From NCBI GenBank assembly GCA_963806035.1, contig CAWDWO010000023.1, forward strand, positions 32,001-96,000: a stretch of 64,000 nt of DNA, read 5' to 3'. This document shows positions 61,568 through 64,000 of this stretch, one piece after another; position 1 is the first letter of the stretch, and the number at the start of each line of letters is the position of its first letter. The translations under genes were made by a program, and so were the position numbers. Below the pieces are notes generated by a model. It worked only from the letters and a program-made list of their open reading frames with translations, did not search any database and was not told where the DNA came from. The stretch is from Candidatus Krumholzibacteriota bacterium (GTDB taxonomy: Bacteria > Krumholzibacteriota > Krumholzibacteriia > JAJRXK01).

Positions 61568-61784
61568 CGGCACCTCTACTTGGCTCAGCCGGACCCGTCC
61601 GCCCCCAAAGTGAAGAATCGGGCAACGGTACATCGCGTTGGGTTCAATTGGTTCTCGGGTGTGGAGCGTCGAAACTCCATACAGGAGAATACAATATCGT
61701 TTGATCGGGAAAATTGAAAGGTCGAGCGTCCGAACATTAGTTCGAAACTTCAGAGATCAAGCCGCGACAAAGCTTTGAGCTGGA

Positions 61785-62735
61785 TTAGTGCTTCCCACGA
61801 ATCCACTTCGCCAGGCGCGCCGCGGCAGACTCGGGGTCGGTGCGCAGGCGGGCCACGTCTTCTGCCAGCTCGTCGAGGGTGCGGCTGAGGTCGGCGTCCT
61901 GCCACAGCGAGGCGAGCAGGCGCTCCTCGGTGAGCAAGCGGAGTTGGGCGCGCAGCCCGCTGCGGCGCCTGAGCTCGTACCCCCCACCCTGCCGGAGCGC
62001 ATCGGCATGAGCGAGCAGGGCGCAGCTCAGCTCGCTCAGGCCCATCCCGTGGTTGGCCTGCGTGAGCACCAGGGGACGACCATTGCCGCTGGTTTGTAGC
62101 CTCTCCTGCAGACGAGCGGCGGCCGCCTGGGCGTTTTCGCGCTCGCAGTGATTGAGCACCACGATGTCCGCGCCCTCGATCCAGGGTCCGCTCAAAATCA
62201 GTTCCAGGGTGGCGGGTTCGGGCGAGAGCACCAGCACGATGGTGTGGCTGCGGCGGATGAGTTCGACCTCGTTGGGGCCCAGCCCGGGCGCTTCCAGCAG
62301 GATGGGGTCGCAGCCCAGGGCCTCCATGGCGTCCGCCACCAGACCCGCCGCGAGGTTCCGCTCCCGGGGTTCCAGTTCGGCGGGCAGGGCGTGGAGCAGA
62401 GTCCCCTCCTCCTGAGCGAGTTCCAGGAGTTTCAGACCCTCACCCAGATTCACGTCCTGCGCGGCGGGAGAGCTCGTCACCAGACCGACGGTGTTGCCCT
62501 CATCCCGCCAGAGGCGTGAAAGTCCTTCCAGAAGAGTGCTCTTGCCCACTCCCATCGGCCCGGCGAAGCCCACGCGGTGCGCGTGGCCGGTGAGTGGATG
62601 CACCATTTCCACCAGGGCCTGACGTTCGGGACCGCTCGCGTGCAGCGAACTGAAGAGCGAACTCGTCGCCTCCAGATCTCCCCCGCGAGCGCGGCTCCAC
62701 AGTTCTTTCAAGTCTCGGCGCATGGGCGGGAGCAT
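61785..62735 (-). CDS. Divergent MeaB/ArgK-like P-loop protein
   Basis: HPLTGHAHRVGFAGPMGVGKSTL and overall MeaB layout; downstream motifs altered. Confidence 0.75.
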   Translation of the reverse strand: MLPPMRRDLKELWSRARGGDLEATSSLFSSLHASGPERQALVEMVHPLTGHAHRVGFAGPMGVGKSTLLEGLSRLWRDEGNTVGLVTSSPAAQDVNLGEGLKLLELAQEEGTLLHALPAELEPRERNLAAGLVADAMEALGCDPILLEAPGLGPNEVELIRRSHTIVLVLSPEPATLELILSGPWIEGADIVVLNHCERENAQAAAARLQERLQTSGNGRPLVLTQANHGMGLSELSCALLAHADALRQGGGYELRRRSGLRAQLRLLTEERLLASLWQDADLSRTLDELAEDVARLRTDPESAAARLAKWIRGKH

Positions 62736-62813
62736 AGACCAAGGAGAGCGCCTTGCCCAGCGGATTTGGGTCGCGCGCGCGGCCCGCCCCGCGCGCGCAA
62801 CCCTTCACTCGGT

Positions 62814-63467
62814 TCAGCGGGTCAGGCCGTGAAAGGCCTTGATCCTGCCGAAGCTGAGCTCCTTGACCGGCACCACGTCACAGGAGTTGGGAATCCCGGG
62901 CGAAGGTTCGCAACCGGTCCCCACGGGAAGGAGCTCGCCGGAGTAGGGATTCAGCGAGTCGAAGAGCACCCAGTCCAGAGAATCCGGCAGACGACCCATC
63001 GCGCGGTCGCTAGCCCCCGCGTGGGCCGGAATCGGCACGAAGTCGACCACCTGGAGTACCCTCGGGTCCGGGATGTCGCGCCACAGCTCCAACATCTCGT
63101 CCCCGTTGTTGATGCTCAGGCCGCTGCTGCCCGCATCGTTGGCGGCCTGCCAGGCGACTGCATCGCTGCCGTACACCACCATGGTCTCACCGGGAGCCAA
63201 GCTGCCCGAAAAGCCATAGTGGTATGCGTCCCCGGTGGCGTCCTTCAGGTAGAGGCCGGTGAGATCCACCGTCAGGTTGCCGGTGTTGAGGATCTCCACC
63301 CACTCGTCGTTCTTGTAATCCACCTCGCCATCGCCGTTCCAGTCACGCGCGGGAGCGGCGAGCAACTCGTTCAGGACGATCGCGGCCGACGAACGGCCGG
63401 ACCAAAAGAGAACGGTGAGAATCGCCAGCAGTAGAATGAGGGGCTTGGGCCAAAGAGAAATTCTCAT
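62814..63467 (-). CDS. Secreted lamin-tail-domain protein with C-terminal SFGRIKAFH tail
   Basis: GGAGG RBS; signal peptide ending SSA-A; IVLNELLA..DWNGDG..DEWVEILN..VDLTG..LKD, SPG..N. Confidence 0.85.
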   Translation of the reverse strand: MRISLWPKPLILLLAILTVLFWSGRSSAAIVLNELLAAPARDWNGDGEVDYKNDEWVEILNTGNLTVDLTGLYLKDATGDAYHYGFSGSLAPGETMVVYGSDAVAWQAANDAGSSGLSINNGDEMLELWRDIPDPRVLQVVDFVPIPAHAGASDRAMGRLPDSLDWVLFDSLNPYSGELLPVGTGCEPSPGIPNSCDVVPVKELSFGRIKAFHGLTR

Positions 63468-63577
63468 GCTTACCTCCATCGAGAAACGGGAGGCGACGAA
63501 AGGTGCAATGGCGGGAGGAGCGAGATCGCGGGAAGCGGCGGCGAGGAACCGGAGGGGAGAGCACGCGAGAGGATGGC

Positions 63578-63610
63578 AAAAAAATCCTCCCGTGAAGGTC
63601 TCGCGGGAGG
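63578..63610 (-). terminator. Rho-independent terminator after the DUF5683-like gene
   Basis: Minus strand CCTCCCGCGA-GACCT-TCACGGGAGG followed by ATTTTTTT. Confidence 0.7.
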
Positions 63611-63647
63611 CAATGGGATGATAACCGATCTCTGCGTGAAATCAAGC

Positions 63648-63998
63648 TCAGAAGCTCAGCGAGACGAGCGTAACTCGATACTTCATCGAACTGCCCCCTT
63701 GAATCCCGAGATCGTAGCCATTCTCTCGATTGATGGTCTGCGCCCGCAGATAGGCGTCGACGGTGGCCCAGGCGACCGAACCGGCGTAGCAGAACCAGCC
63801 GAAGCTCTGTTCCAAGTTGTGGCGTTCGTTGTCGCGCGAGAGAATGCCTGGCTTGATGATTTCGGTGCCCAGGAGCAAACCCACCACCGCGACCGAGCCG
63901 AGGATCCAGCCCTTGGTCGGCTCTCCGTTGTAGTGTTGCCCCCAACCCGGCACCACGATGCTCCGCAGCGCCGCGCCCTCCGGGCTTCGATAGGCCTC
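63648..63998 (-). CDS. DUF5683-like protein, 3' part (starts outside the window)
   Basis: SPEGAALRSIVVPGWGQHYNGEPTKG...WATVDAY; ends in Phe. Confidence 0.75.
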   Translation of the reverse strand, partial: EAYRSPEGAALRSIVVPGWGQHYNGEPTKGWILGSVAVVGLLLGTEIIKPGILSRDNERHNLEQSFGWFCYAGSVAWATVDAYLRAQTINRENGYDLGIQGGSSMKYRVTLVSLSF

Positions 63999-64000
63999 GT

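Overview
This is a high-GC bacterial chromosomal window, mostly housekeeping and catabolic genes. Its gene content suggests an uncultured FCB-related lineage such as Krumholzibacteriota/Latescibacterota (inference only). In order it contains: a MacAB-type ABC exporter; an accessory stretch next to tRNA-Lys (membrane protein, small secreted proteins, P3A-type H+-ATPase, HEAT protein); purA; tRNA-Leu-tig-clpP-clpX-lon-engB; a LeuB-like gene and a fused LeuD-LeuC-like aconitase; acyl-CoA catabolism (3 thiolases, crotonase, 3 acyl-CoA dehydrogenases, hbd, propionyl-CoA carboxylase, methylmalonyl-CoA epimerase, degenerate MeaB); OPT and Opp peptide transporters (oppB and oppC each frameshifted at a G run); xseAB; pepA; an IS with 27-bp inverted repeats; iscA/iscS/ygfZ; a GldAFG-like ABC system; ispH. 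The most striking signal is that five unrelated signal-peptide proteins scattered through the window end in the same short tail, C-x(1-3)-[VA]-x5-[ST]-[WF]-G-x-[LVI]-K-A-x-[YWFH]. This looks like a C-terminal sorting or anchoring signal of an uncharacterised export system.
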